Source: a virus
Lineage: Duplodnaviria; Caudoviricetes
Length of the DNA stretch: 25,059 nucleotides
Virus record (IMG/VR): IMGVR_UViG_3300036943_000020
Span: 1-25,059 of that record
Strand: one strand, 5' to 3'
The notes below the pieces were generated by a model. The model made no database searches. It had not been told where the DNA came from and saw only the letters and a program-made list of their open reading frames with translations. Position numbers and translations under genes: made by a program. Below are positions 10,011 through 17,989 of the stretch, piece after piece. How positions within the stretch are numbered: position 1 is the first letter of the stretch; each line of letters begins with the position of its first letter.

Positions 10011-10823
10011 CAATATCTTCAGCAGTAGGCGTTAGCTACTGCCCGCTCCTTATAGCCATTAGGAGCTGCTGCATGTTGCCATGCAGATGAGACCATATCT
10101 TTACCCATAAATGGGTACGGTGTATTTCGGGCCACTTGGCCCTACAGGGAGGTAACCCCTTGGTCGTTGAACACCGCATTATCTCTTTAAGTAGCCCCAG
10201 CGTTTACCAGATTTGATCATAGATATTAATGAATCGGATACCTTATAATCAATGGCAAGCTGTTGCGCGGACATTCCGGCATTTAGCTCGGTAATAATGT
10301 CCTTTACTTGTGCTTCTGTTAGTTTTGATTGTCCATGCTTCTCACCTTTCTGCGGCGTACGAAGGCCGGTCTGGAAGGCGTGGATGTCGTTCTCTTGATG
10401 CGTGACCCACTCAAGATTGCACGCACGATTGTCGTCTTTGATCCCGTTCTTATGATTCACGCAGTTCTTTGTGGCTGGGTCTGGATTAGGGCACCATACA
10501 GACGCCACCAATCTATGCACAAGAACCTTCTTCCGCGAATCACGAGAGCCATTATATAGCAGAACATATTCATACCCGCTGTTGAACTTGGCGGGCGTTA
10601 AATACTGGTTGCTATTAAATGAATAAACTCTACCGTCTTCAGTAACAGAATATCGCGGGAACTCTGCGATTTGCTTTAACTCCGTGTATTTCATTGGGTC
10701 TCCTATAGAGGCAATGTAGAGATAATACTAATGCTGCTGATTGTCCCGGAGGGAGGTTCCAGCAGTTAACACCGGTTTACTGTAGCATTTCGGCTACAGC
10801 AGACCATAGGCCAAAGGCCATTA
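10011..10823 (-). mobile_element. Group I intron (IA2-like, 813 nt) in the major capsid gene
   Basis: P TTAACTGCTGGAA (10757-10769), Q AATCAGCAGC (10733-10742), R GTTCAACGACCA (10161-10172), S AAGATATGGTCT (10090-10101). P3 CGGTGT/ACACCG; P9 CTGCATG-GCAA-CATGCAG. The 5' site follows a U (GAT|TAA) with a U.G pair in P1; the intron ends in G (ATATTG|CAA). Confidence 0.9.
10179..10694 (-). CDS. Intron-encoded HNH homing endonuclease (I-HmuI-like architecture)
   Basis: 171 aa. YSVTEDGRV N-terminal domain, VHRLVA...VNHKNGIKDDNRACNLEWVT HNH core, C-terminal HTH-like segment, AGGAG RBS. Lies between Q and R, closed by a GCATTA/TAATGC stem. Confidence 0.93.
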   Translation of the reverse strand: MKYTELKQIAEFPRYSVTEDGRVYSFNSNQYLTPAKFNSGYEYVLLYNGSRDSRKKVLVHRLVASVWCPNPDPATKNCVNHKNGIKDDNRACNLEWVTHQENDIHAFQTGLRTPQKGEKHGQSKLTEAQVKDIITELNAGMSAQQLAIDYKVSDSLISMIKSGKRWGYLKR

Positions 10824-11084
10824 ATCACCGACTTCCTGCGCGGTGCCCAGGGGCTCGATGCCGGGGATGACCGGCTGAAGGGTGGGGTCACCCATGGCGG
10901 CGTTGCTCATGGTGTCGGTACCAACCAGGGGGTTGAAGATGAACACGCCGTCGGTAATGCTGTCACGCTGCTCGTGAAAGTGGACCCGTCCGTCGAACTT
11001 TTCGATCATCAGGGCGTCAACGGGACCTGCCAGATTTCTCTGCGCGGGGTGTGTAAGAGTAGCGGAAATGTCCTGTCCAGCCAT
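10824..11084 (-). CDS. Major capsid protein, exon 1 (87 aa)
   Basis: MAGQDISATL...ALMIEKFDGRV is a T7-like capsid N-terminal motif. AAAGGA RBS; follows the scaffold gene. Confidence 0.9.
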
Positions 11085-11111
11085 AATTTAAATCCTTTCA
11101 ATAGGTTACGT

Positions 11112-11133
11112 TAAGTGATCTCCCCATCACTTA
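11112..11133. promoter_or_regulatory. Intergenic hairpin upstream of the capsid gene
   Basis: Perfect 8-bp inverted repeat TAAGTGAT-CTCCCC-ATCACTTA with no U-tract. Function unknown. Confidence 0.4.
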
Positions 11134-11140
11134 CAAATTG

Positions 11141-12040
11141 TTATCGGCGCACAGGCCGGTATTTACTGTATTCCGGTGTAAAGAACCTGGCGTTACCCTG
11201 GTCAAGGGTTTTCTTCCGACGCTCATCGATCTTAGCCGCGTACTCGGCATCGGTATTGTACTTTTCCGTTGACATAATCGCCACGTACTCATCACGGTCC
11301 AGGGGCTCAAATCCGGGGTTCTGCGGCTGCTGCACATCGGCAGACGAATCACCAGACATCATAGGTTTCTCTTTTCCTTTCTTCCAGGCATCAACGGCCT
11401 GCTGAAGGCCCTGGCGAACAACATCTTTGTTGTCAGACCGGAGCAACGTATTGATAGCGTCAAGCTGTGCCTTGTCCATATTCTTTTGGCACCAGCCGGA
11501 TAAAGCAACAAAGTTGTCTTTGCCTTTGGTGGCATCACCATCAGCAAGGGTTTCGAAAATGTAGGTGTTCATATCCTGGACAGGCTTGTTAATTTCCTGT
11601 GCCTTGATATAGTTTTCCTCTACCTGTTTAACTGCTGCGTCAATCGCTTCCTGGGTAAACTTACCGGACAGGGATTCTTTCAGTGTATCCGGGACCTTCC
11701 CACTGTTCTCCTTGATCTGAGTTACAATGTCGGTGACCTTGATGCCGGCGGCCTCCAGAGCATCATTGGTGACCTCGGTTGCCGGGGCGATCTTCTGTCC
11801 CTCTGCGGGTTTCGTTGGCTCCGCACTGAAAGTCAGATCCAGCCCACCCTTTGCCGGTTCCGCATCGCCCGTCTTTGTTGCAGGATCCACTTGGGGCTCC
11901 TGGGGCTTTACGGCTGGTGCAGGATTTTGCTGCTGCGCCGGGGGAATCGTCGGTTCGGGTTCGGCTGGGTTCTGTTGTGCAGCCTGCTGCTGAATAGCTG
12001 CCTGAGTTTCAGATGATTGAAAGTTTGGTCCTACAGCCAC
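11141..12040 (-). CDS. Capsid assembly scaffolding protein
   Basis: 299 aa, GTG start with GGAG RBS, Q/P/A-rich N-terminus, C-terminal YNTDAEYAAKIDERR. Lies between portal and capsid. Confidence 0.88.
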   Translation of the reverse strand: MAVGPNFQSSETQAAIQQQAAQQNPAEPEPTIPPAQQQNPAPAVKPQEPQVDPATKTGDAEPAKGGLDLTFSAEPTKPAEGQKIAPATEVTNDALEAAGIKVTDIVTQIKENSGKVPDTLKESLSGKFTQEAIDAAVKQVEENYIKAQEINKPVQDMNTYIFETLADGDATKGKDNFVALSGWCQKNMDKAQLDAINTLLRSDNKDVVRQGLQQAVDAWKKGKEKPMMSGDSSADVQQPQNPGFEPLDRDEYVAIMSTEKYNTDAEYAAKIDERRKKTLDQGNARFFTPEYSKYRPVRR

Positions 12041-12055
12041 GCTATGACTCCTTTC

Positions 12056-12527
12056 TTAAAAGGTCTGGCCCATCTGACCGCCAAGTCCTTGACCAGGGGA
12101 TTGTCTCTGGTCAAGTCCTCTTGCCTGAGCTTGTGTGTTCGCATCAAGTTCCGCGGCTGCCTGCATCTTCACCTGATAGTCTGTTTCGGACATAATGAAC
12201 TTTGTAAAGTCCACGTCGCGGCCGGCAGCGGTCACCTTCATGAAGTCTTCCCACTGCATACGGCCGGCAGCTTCCTGCGGCAATTGCGCTGCATTATTCA
12301 GGTCGGATAGCCAGTAATTGATTTTATCGTTCTCGTTACCTCGGCTCAATGCGTCCATACCAGTTGTGATATTCAGGGTGATGCCCTCGGCCTCCAAGCC
12401 ATCAAGGCCCATTTCAGCGAATAGCAACAGGGCTAAGGGGCGTTGCAAAGATTCAGCGAGGGCTGAATACACGCCACCATGGGTATTCTCCAACTCATTG
12501 GCCCGAAGTCGTACCTCTTCTGCGGTT
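12056..12527 (-). CDS. Portal (head-tail connector) protein, exon 2 (spliced product 527 aa)
   Basis: Reads TAEEVRLRANELENTHGGVYSALA...ITTGMDALSR, completing the conserved RDAERVTAEE portal motif. Confidence 0.92.
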
Positions 12528-13294
12528 CAATTTGTGTTGCAGACGCTCGTTAGGCGTCCTCTATGTGTTACCACATAGTTCAGACTATATCTTGTCCTTT
12601 CGGACCTACCCGTTTCAAACCCACTTGGGCCTTACTCCTTTCGGATAGTCGTTACACATCCAACTTACTGGTTACGTGCGCCCAATTCTTGCCGTTCGTC
12701 ACACGTGATACGGCAGTGCGGCATACGTTGAGTTTCAACATGCGGATAATAGCAGTGGGCCTGTGTCCCTGCTTCGCCAATCTCCATATGTCAACTACAA
12801 CCTCTTCAGTTAGTTTACTGATAGGGTTTAACTCACCGGTATTTGACTTCAGTCCGGTTTTATAAGCATGGTTAACATTCTGGCTTGGAGTTACCCACTC
12901 AAGGTTACTGACAGCATTATTGTTTCGGTTGCCGTCTATATGATTGACCTGTGTTTTTCGTCGGTCGGTGTTCGGAATAAATGTCTGCGCCACCAACTTG
13001 TGGAGCAAGTATCGCCTATTCAGAACAATTTTTACATATCTATTCGCCTTGGTTATCCTGGTGCCTTTTAACACCTTGCCTGTTGTTTCGTTGACCACAA
13101 CACCGTTAGTGTCAATTGAGTACCGGTGCTGTGTTCCTAAGTCCAGTAATTTCTTTTCGTAGTGCATGGCATGCATCCTTGTTGGTTGCTCGGTATTGTC
13201 CGGTGGCACGGTGTGCCTTCACGGAGTTTCACCGAATTAGGGTAGTTTATAGAGAGCTTCCGCTTATGTAAGTACCAATATAAACAGATAGTTA
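12528..13294 (-). mobile_element. Group I intron (IA2-like, 767 nt) in the portal gene
   Basis: P TAATTCGGTGAAA (13227-13239), Q AATACCGAGC (13188-13197), R TGTAACGACTA (12646-12656), S AAGATATAGTCT (12582-12593). P3 CTACCC/GGGTAG; P9 CTATGTG-GTAA-CACATAG. Junctions GAGAGGGT|TAAC and AATTG|AACCGCA rebuild the Val codon GTA. Confidence 0.93.
12652..13167 (-). CDS. Intron-encoded HNH homing endonuclease (I-HmuI-like architecture)
   Basis: Start re-called at ATG 13167 behind AAGGA; 171 aa. YSIDTNGVV, LHKLVAQTFIPN, VNHIDGNRNNNAVSNLEWVT, C-terminal HTH-like segment. The stop codon lies in the intron R element. Confidence 0.92.
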   Translation of the reverse strand: MHYEKKLLDLGTQHRYSIDTNGVVVNETTGKVLKGTRITKANRYVKIVLNRRYLLHKLVAQTFIPNTDRRKTQVNHIDGNRNNNAVSNLEWVTPSQNVNHAYKTGLKSNTGELNPISKLTEEVVVDIWRLAKQGHRPTAIIRMLKLNVCRTAVSRVTNGKNWAHVTSKLDV

Positions 13295-14406
13295 ACCCTC
13301 TCGGCATCACGCATGGTACTGGGAAGGTACATGAACACTTCGCCAAGGTGTCTTTTGTAAATATCGATCACATCTTTGATCAGCACGATATCGCGGGACT
13401 TATCATTCGTGATGGCGTTGATGTCGTCTGCCTCGCCATAATGGTAAGTCCCTGACTCTGAAGCATTCAAGGTAGCGACGTCAACCAGGGATCCAGGACG
13501 AACCAAGTACTTGATGTCGGCCATGGTAACGCACCCAATAGCCAAAGCCTCGCTCAAAATGCTGAGGGTCCAGAAGCTGCCGAAGTGTTCCTCGACCAGC
13601 CCACGATGATAGATTTCTCTGCGGGTGCGGTTCCACCCAACAGGGATCCACCGGAGTGTCTCGTCGGTATACGTATTCTGTTCCCCGATGCCAATATTCT
13701 CAACACTTTGGTCCACAAGCCACTGAGCTGGGTTTTCTGGATGTCGTCTGATGTACGTGTAAAGGTTGACCGTGGTCGTTACATCTTCTTGGGAAGAAAG
13801 GTCCAGGTTGAGACTCTTGGCCACCTCTGCCTGTAGTTCCTGTGGCAAAGACAGCAGATTCTTTTTATCCTCGGTAATCATCTCGGTAATGGTCCCGTCA
13901 AGGGATCGATTCAGCACGTACTCGTCTAAGCTGTAGTTTTGGATCTTCCCGCCCGCGGGCAGATAGAGCATGTTGTTCCCGGTAATAATCAAAGCCTTTA
14001 ACAAGTCCACCATTACAGGCCGTGCCCCGATCGAAACAAACTTCTTTCTGTGATCACGTTCCGTGGTAGCGAAGATCGATTCGATGTCCGCTTTGTTACG
14101 ACCCATCTGCTCCATGTCCTTCTGGACTTCCGCATCCAGCTCCAGCTTTACGAAGGAACGTCCAGCGGGGAACAGGGTCTCGACATATCGGTTGGCCAAG
14201 GCGTTGGTCAGCTTGGCCCCCTCGGTATTGTAATCATTCTGGAACTCCAGGGAATCGGTATCGCCGTCGGTGTCTGGCATGATATACGGCAGGGTCACCT
14301 TGGCATATTCCCGGGCTCGGTCCCGGTACTTATTGCGAATTGAAGACAGCACCGAATAGCGGTTTTTGATGTAACCCTCTTTTGGAGTAATCATGTCGGA
14401 ATTCAT
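13295..14406 (-). CDS. Portal (head-tail connector) protein, exon 1
   Basis: AREYAKVTLPY, GAKLTNALAN..LFP, LIITGN, YHRGLVEE, MRDAERV are T7-like portal motifs. Confidence 0.93.
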
Positions 14407-14768
14407 AATTGAACACCTCCTGAACCCGCGTCAGGCGTATTCTCTCCGATTTGCACCCTGCTGGCGGTACTGGACTGCTTCTGTTTCTGCTCTTCGATAA
14501 TGAAAGCTGCCTTGCCTTTGGACCTCTTCTTCCGCTGGGCCTCATCCTCACCGAGTTCAAGCCGCCCAATTGCACTGGACTCGTCTGAAGATGTCTTGTC
14601 ACGCAGTGCCTGAAGTTTTGCCAGCTCCTCGGCCTGTGCGGCGGCCGCCGCAGCGGCCTCACGCGCCGCATCGGCCTGCTTATTAGCGGCCTTTCTCTGG
14701 GCATTCACGGAATACACTGTGGTGCCTGCGATAAGCAATGCCCCCACAATAAATACTTCTGCTCCCAT
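14403..14768 (-). CDS. Small virion/tail-assembly protein (T7 gp7.3-like position)
   Basis: 121 aa, hydrophobic N-terminus, Ala-rich middle, basic KKRSKGK, ends GSGGVQL. ATGA overlap with the portal gene. Confidence 0.6.
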   Translation of the reverse strand: MGAEVFIVGALLIAGTTVYSVNAQRKAANKQADAAREAAAAAAAQAEELAKLQALRDKTSSDESSAIGRLELGEDEAQRKKRSKGKAAFIIEEQKQKQSSTASRVQIGENTPDAGSGGVQL

Positions 14769-14779
14769 ATTGTCCTCCT

Positions 14780-14797
14780 TGTCGACAATTGTTTACA
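14780..14797. repeat. Motif variant, copy 3 (gene junction)
   Basis: TGTCGACAATTGTTTACA shares TGTCnACAATTGTT; spans the GNAT stop and abuts the next RBS. Confidence 0.6.
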
Positions 14798-15185
14798 GAA
14801 TATGTGTTCCAAGGACGACCGTTTGGGTGAATAAACCACATGCCTCAAAGAGTTTGCGAACTGTTTGGTGTTCGGCTGGACAATCGGCAATAATCTTTGA
14901 GAACCCGGCATCCTTTGCCATCTTTACAATATCCCGGCGATATACTTCGACAATGCCACGAGCTGTTGCCACACCTCGCCGGGAGGGTAAGGACATAATA
15001 TGGCCACGCATAACAGACTCCTCGTTTACCTTACACACCTCATAGGCAAAGTAAGCGACGACTTCGTTCTTCATATTTGTTATGGCAAAAGCATCAATTG
15101 ACGCAGTGGGGTTGATGGCCGGGAAGACCTTTCTGATATGGTCGATGTCCTCGAAATCAAGGTGACGCAGCTTGTATCGTTTCAT
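14793..15185 (-). CDS. Putative GNAT-fold acetyltransferase
   Basis: 130 aa; LPSRRGVAT (acetyl-CoA loop-like) and KLFEACGL motifs. SP6/phiKMV-like phages carry a similar gene before the portal. Confidence 0.6.
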   Translation of the reverse strand: MKRYKLRHLDFEDIDHIRKVFPAINPTASIDAFAITNMKNEVVAYFAYEVCKVNEESVMRGHIMSLPSRRGVATARGIVEVYRRDIVKMAKDAGFSKIIADCPAEHQTVRKLFEACGLFTQTVVLGTHIL

Positions 15186-15475
15186 GCACCATACTCCCTT
15201 CTGGCCTCTGCCGACTGCTGATCATAATGAGCCTTTAGGTAATCAATGATCAGATTGCATCCGTATTGTACCTGCAGCAATTGTGCGAGTTGTGGATGCT
15301 GTGGTTTAATACCGCCATTGGCGAATACCTTCTCCAGGTGCCGGATCAGGTGCGGGTCTATCGGAGGGCATGAGTTGGTGATCTTCTCGAATTCACCATC
15401 CCTGGATAGGCTATCCTGATTACCTGCCCTCCGGTTAAGAATATCTTGGAGGCGGTTGCTTATAGGAATTTGCAT
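15182..15475 (-). CDS. Hypothetical phage protein, first gene of the late block
   Basis: 97 aa, GAGG RBS, ATGA overlap with the next gene. Confidence 0.7.
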   Translation of the reverse strand: MQIPISNRLQDILNRRAGNQDSLSRDGEFEKITNSCPPIDPHLIRHLEKVFANGGIKPQHPQLAQLLQVQYGCNLIIDYLKAHYDQQSAEARREYGA

Positions 15476-15543
15476 AGTAACCTCTTTAGTAACTATCTAT
15501 AGTTAACATCCCTATCGGGACACCTTCCCCCTCTCGTCAAGTC

Positions 15544-15564
15544 TTCTATAATGTGGTGAAATTA
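15544..15564 (-). promoter_or_regulatory. Putative phage RNA polymerase promoter (late), +1 G near 15546
   Basis: TAATTTCACCACATTATAGAA. The TATA-GAA end resembles the SP6 promoter; 18/21 identical to the copy at 20048-20068; intergenic, just before the structural block. Confidence 0.75.
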
Positions 15565-15604
15565 TTTCTGAATGATTTGAGGGGGTTGCAAACTGGTTAA
15601 TCCC

Positions 15605-16240
15605 CTACTTTCGATCCTCTTCCATGGGGACATCCGGCTCATCTCGGTAAAAAGCTGCCAGGAACATAGCGTTGCACAGCAGCATTCCCCGGTGGGTGAC
15701 CTTCATATTGAACTGGTCCAAGGCCTCCGCGTCATAAATAACGCCGGCATTCATCTTACGCCAGTGCCGGAGCATCGCTGCAAAATATACAGCCTTGGCC
15801 TTTGGTACCTGTAGCCATCCCATGGGATTCCCGTACTTCATGACCCCGTATTGCCGAGCCACCGCCACCTCCTCCAACAGATCCCACTCAAGTAACTCAA
15901 ACGGGGTCTTGCCTGAAGTATCCTTGTTATAGCTGCATGATTTACCCGGAATGTCTTGGTGTTGGGACGAAGGGGGGCTTTCTGCAAGTGCTTCAAATAC
16001 TTCGGTAATCGTCACGTCGTCATCCTGGGGGAGATCCACGTCGGCTACCTCCTCTCTTATGCGGCCAAAGAATACACACTCCAGACACATGCCGTCTGCG
16101 TGATCGCAGTTCTGGCAGACATTCCATGGTGCATCTTCATTGGCCGCCCAGTTGTCATTGTCAGAACAAGTCTTGCACAGGACCGAGTCGATAACGTGCT
16201 TGCAAGATTCACAGTCTTTCATCAAAAACAGATCAGACAT
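15605..16240 (-). CDS. Cys-rich N-terminus fused to a DUF5664-like (dATP/dGTP diphosphohydrolase N-terminal) domain
   Basis: 211 aa. Four CxxC pairs, then KDTSGKTPFELL...VAVARQYGVMKYGNPMGW...YFAAMLRH...THRGMLLCNAMFL. Confidence 0.7.
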   Translation of the reverse strand: MSDLFLMKDCESCKHVIDSVLCKTCSDNDNWAANEDAPWNVCQNCDHADGMCLECVFFGRIREEVADVDLPQDDDVTITEVFEALAESPPSSQHQDIPGKSCSYNKDTSGKTPFELLEWDLLEEVAVARQYGVMKYGNPMGWLQVPKAKAVYFAAMLRHWRKMNAGVIYDAEALDQFNMKVTHRGMLLCNAMFLAAFYRDEPDVPMEEDRK

Positions 16241-16248
16241 GCCACCTC

Positions 16249-17097
16249 CTATTTGTTATGTCGGGAATATTTCCACATGTTCATGGGGACAAACATCGCC
16301 ACCTCGGGACTGAACACGATCCCACAGCCCAAAGTCGGGCGGTGGGGGTAATGCTTTCCATAGGCCATGGCATATGCCTCGATGTCCAGGCCACACCCGG
16401 CATTCATACCGAACATGATCTGAAACGGGGTAGCTACGTAGGCAACTCCTCCGAAGGAGTGGCAATGGCCCATGACCGCGGACATGCCCTTGGTGATCGC
16501 ATGATTGCGATGGCCATTGATGCCAGCCATCCCGATCCCGTGGCTGTAGAAGACATCATCCAGAATGACATCTTCCCGATTGATCCACCCTTCCGGGATT
16601 CCATATAGATTCGACCGGAGGATCCGTTTGGTCAGACCGGCTGTCATCAGCTTGCGCTTGGGAATATTGTCATGGTTACCGGACAACCAAGTGACTTCCG
16701 GGAATGCCTCGTACCATGCAGCAAGGTGGTCCTGGGCGCGATCCCACTCCATGCCAGCGCTGTCCCCATCGGGGTCCGACTCATGGTAGCTCATAGCATG
16801 GTTATCAACAAGATCCCCGATATGAACAATATTTGCGACATTGTGTTGAAGGAATGTGTCCAGGCAAAATTCCAGATACCTGGGATGTTCAAAGGGGATA
16901 TGGGTATCCCCAATGACTCCAGTCGGGCGGCTCTGCACCATGGGCACCATGCCGGTATCCTGCAGAGCGGCTGCCTTAGCTCTTATATTGTAGATGGTAG
17001 TTTTCCCGATATTGGGAAACGTGGCAAGGACAGTACCTGTTGCCGCCCCGGACAGAAACATGGATAGGATATTGTCCTTTATTGCTTGCTCAATCAT
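16249..17097 (-). CDS. Calcineurin-like metallophosphoesterase with an N-terminal extension
   Basis: 282 aa; GDTH, GDLVD, GNHD, SHG and GHCH motifs in the canonical order. Confidence 0.9.
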   Translation of the reverse strand: MIEQAIKDNILSMFLSGAATGTVLATFPNIGKTTIYNIRAKAAALQDTGMVPMVQSRPTGVIGDTHIPFEHPRYLEFCLDTFLQHNVANIVHIGDLVDNHAMSYHESDPDGDSAGMEWDRAQDHLAAWYEAFPEVTWLSGNHDNIPKRKLMTAGLTKRILRSNLYGIPEGWINREDVILDDVFYSHGIGMAGINGHRNHAITKGMSAVMGHCHSFGGVAYVATPFQIMFGMNAGCGLDIEAYAMAYGKHYPHRPTLGCGIVFSPEVAMFVPMNMWKYSRHNK

Positions 17098-17113
17098 AGT
17101 TGCCCTTTCAAAT

Positions 17114-17130
17114 TGTCAACAATTGTTACC
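17114..17130. repeat. 17-bp motif, copy 4 (intergenic)
   Basis: TGTCAACAATTGTTACC, exact copy, upstream of the phosphoesterase gene. Confidence 0.8.
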
Positions 17131-17132
17131 AG

Positions 17133-17576
17133 TTATTCGCACACCATCTCAAAGACTGGTTTGGTTTCGGTGGTCTCGCCGACTTTCATCAGATTACACC
17201 GGCCCCCATGATACACCCAAATGGAAACGAAGTGGTTATCCCGAGTCCATTGGTAATCCAGGCTGTATGTATCATATTTCGGCTCCTCAAGTTTATACCC
17301 CACCTGAGCCAATCGCTCATCCAAGAATTCAATGAGCAGCTGCAGATCGTAACTGCGGGTCGGGTATCGACCATTCGGTTTCAGCTTGCTCATGTAAATG
17401 GTAATGGTACAGCTGTCCGTATGGTAGTTAGGCTGCGTATCTGCCCCGGTAAAATTGTCCCAGAATTTGGCTGCTGCGTTGCAGATATCAATTGCTGGGA
17501 TGTTTTTCTCAATCATTTTTAAAGTGTGCTCATAGGACTTCATGGCGTCAATGCGAAGTTTATTTGCGATGCTCAT
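17133..17576 (-). CDS. Hypothetical protein
   Basis: Start re-called at ATG 17576 (MSIANKLR), ATGA-coupled to the endonuclease VII stop; 147 aa; no recognised motif. Confidence 0.7.
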   Translation of the reverse strand: MSIANKLRIDAMKSYEHTLKMIEKNIPAIDICNAAAKFWDNFTGADTQPNYHTDSCTITIYMSKLKPNGRYPTRSYDLQLLIEFLDERLAQVGYKLEEPKYDTYSLDYQWTRDNHFVSIWVYHGGRCNLMKVGETTETKPVFEMVCE

Positions 17577-17989
17577 TTTCCAGCCCTCTTTCTGGCCCTG
17601 TAGTCTCGGGCTTTCTGATTCTTGAGTATGCGGCGCTCCTCCGGGGATTTCCAGGTATGATGAATAAGCCCGGTCTGGTTCGTCCTGTGTTTTTTCCAAT
17701 AGTTAAGCAGGTTTTCCAGCCACTCGATGGGGTTTAGGTTGCCTTTGGAGCAATCCACCCGGTTCTTGATCCTACCTTCATTGCCATTGCAGTTCGAGCA
17801 CAAGCAGCCCCGGATAGCGCCGGCTGCCGGACCATCCAGGGCGTGGTCATGATCGACACATCGTTGCCGCGGCTGCACGTTTCTCATATCCCTACCGCAT
17901 AGGGGACAGACCCACCCCTGTTTTTCCAGCAGCATATCACGCACCCACTTAAGGTCACTGGCTTTTATCTTACGGTAGGTATCTTCCAC
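17573..17989 (-). CDS. Recombination endonuclease VII
   Basis: QGWVCPLC...CVDHDH...IRGCLCSNCN. Start re-called at GTG 17989 behind GAGGGGG; 138 aa. Confidence 0.88.
   Translation of the reverse strand: MEDTYRKIKASDLKWVRDMLLEKQGWVCPLCGRDMRNVQPRQRCVDHDHALDGPAAGAIRGCLCSNCNGNEGRIKNRVDCSKGNLNPIEWLENLLNYWKKHRTNQTGLIHHTWKSPEERRILKNQKARDYRARKRAGK

Noticed and set aside
9198-10028. 276-aa plus-strand ORF (also 3173-3775, 4043-4732, 19276-20016, 23403-24062)
   Set aside because: Antisense shadows of well-supported minus-strand genes.
10011-13294. Split capsid and portal genes as pseudogenes, inteins or IS insertions
   Set aside because: In-frame stops rule out inteins; no transposase or terminal repeats are seen; the group I core elements and precise frame restoration favour introns.
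15490-15521. Short inverted repeats in the late leader (TAACTAT-CT-ATAGTTA; TCCC-TATC-GGGA)
   Set aside because: Short and weak; no function can be supported from the sequence.
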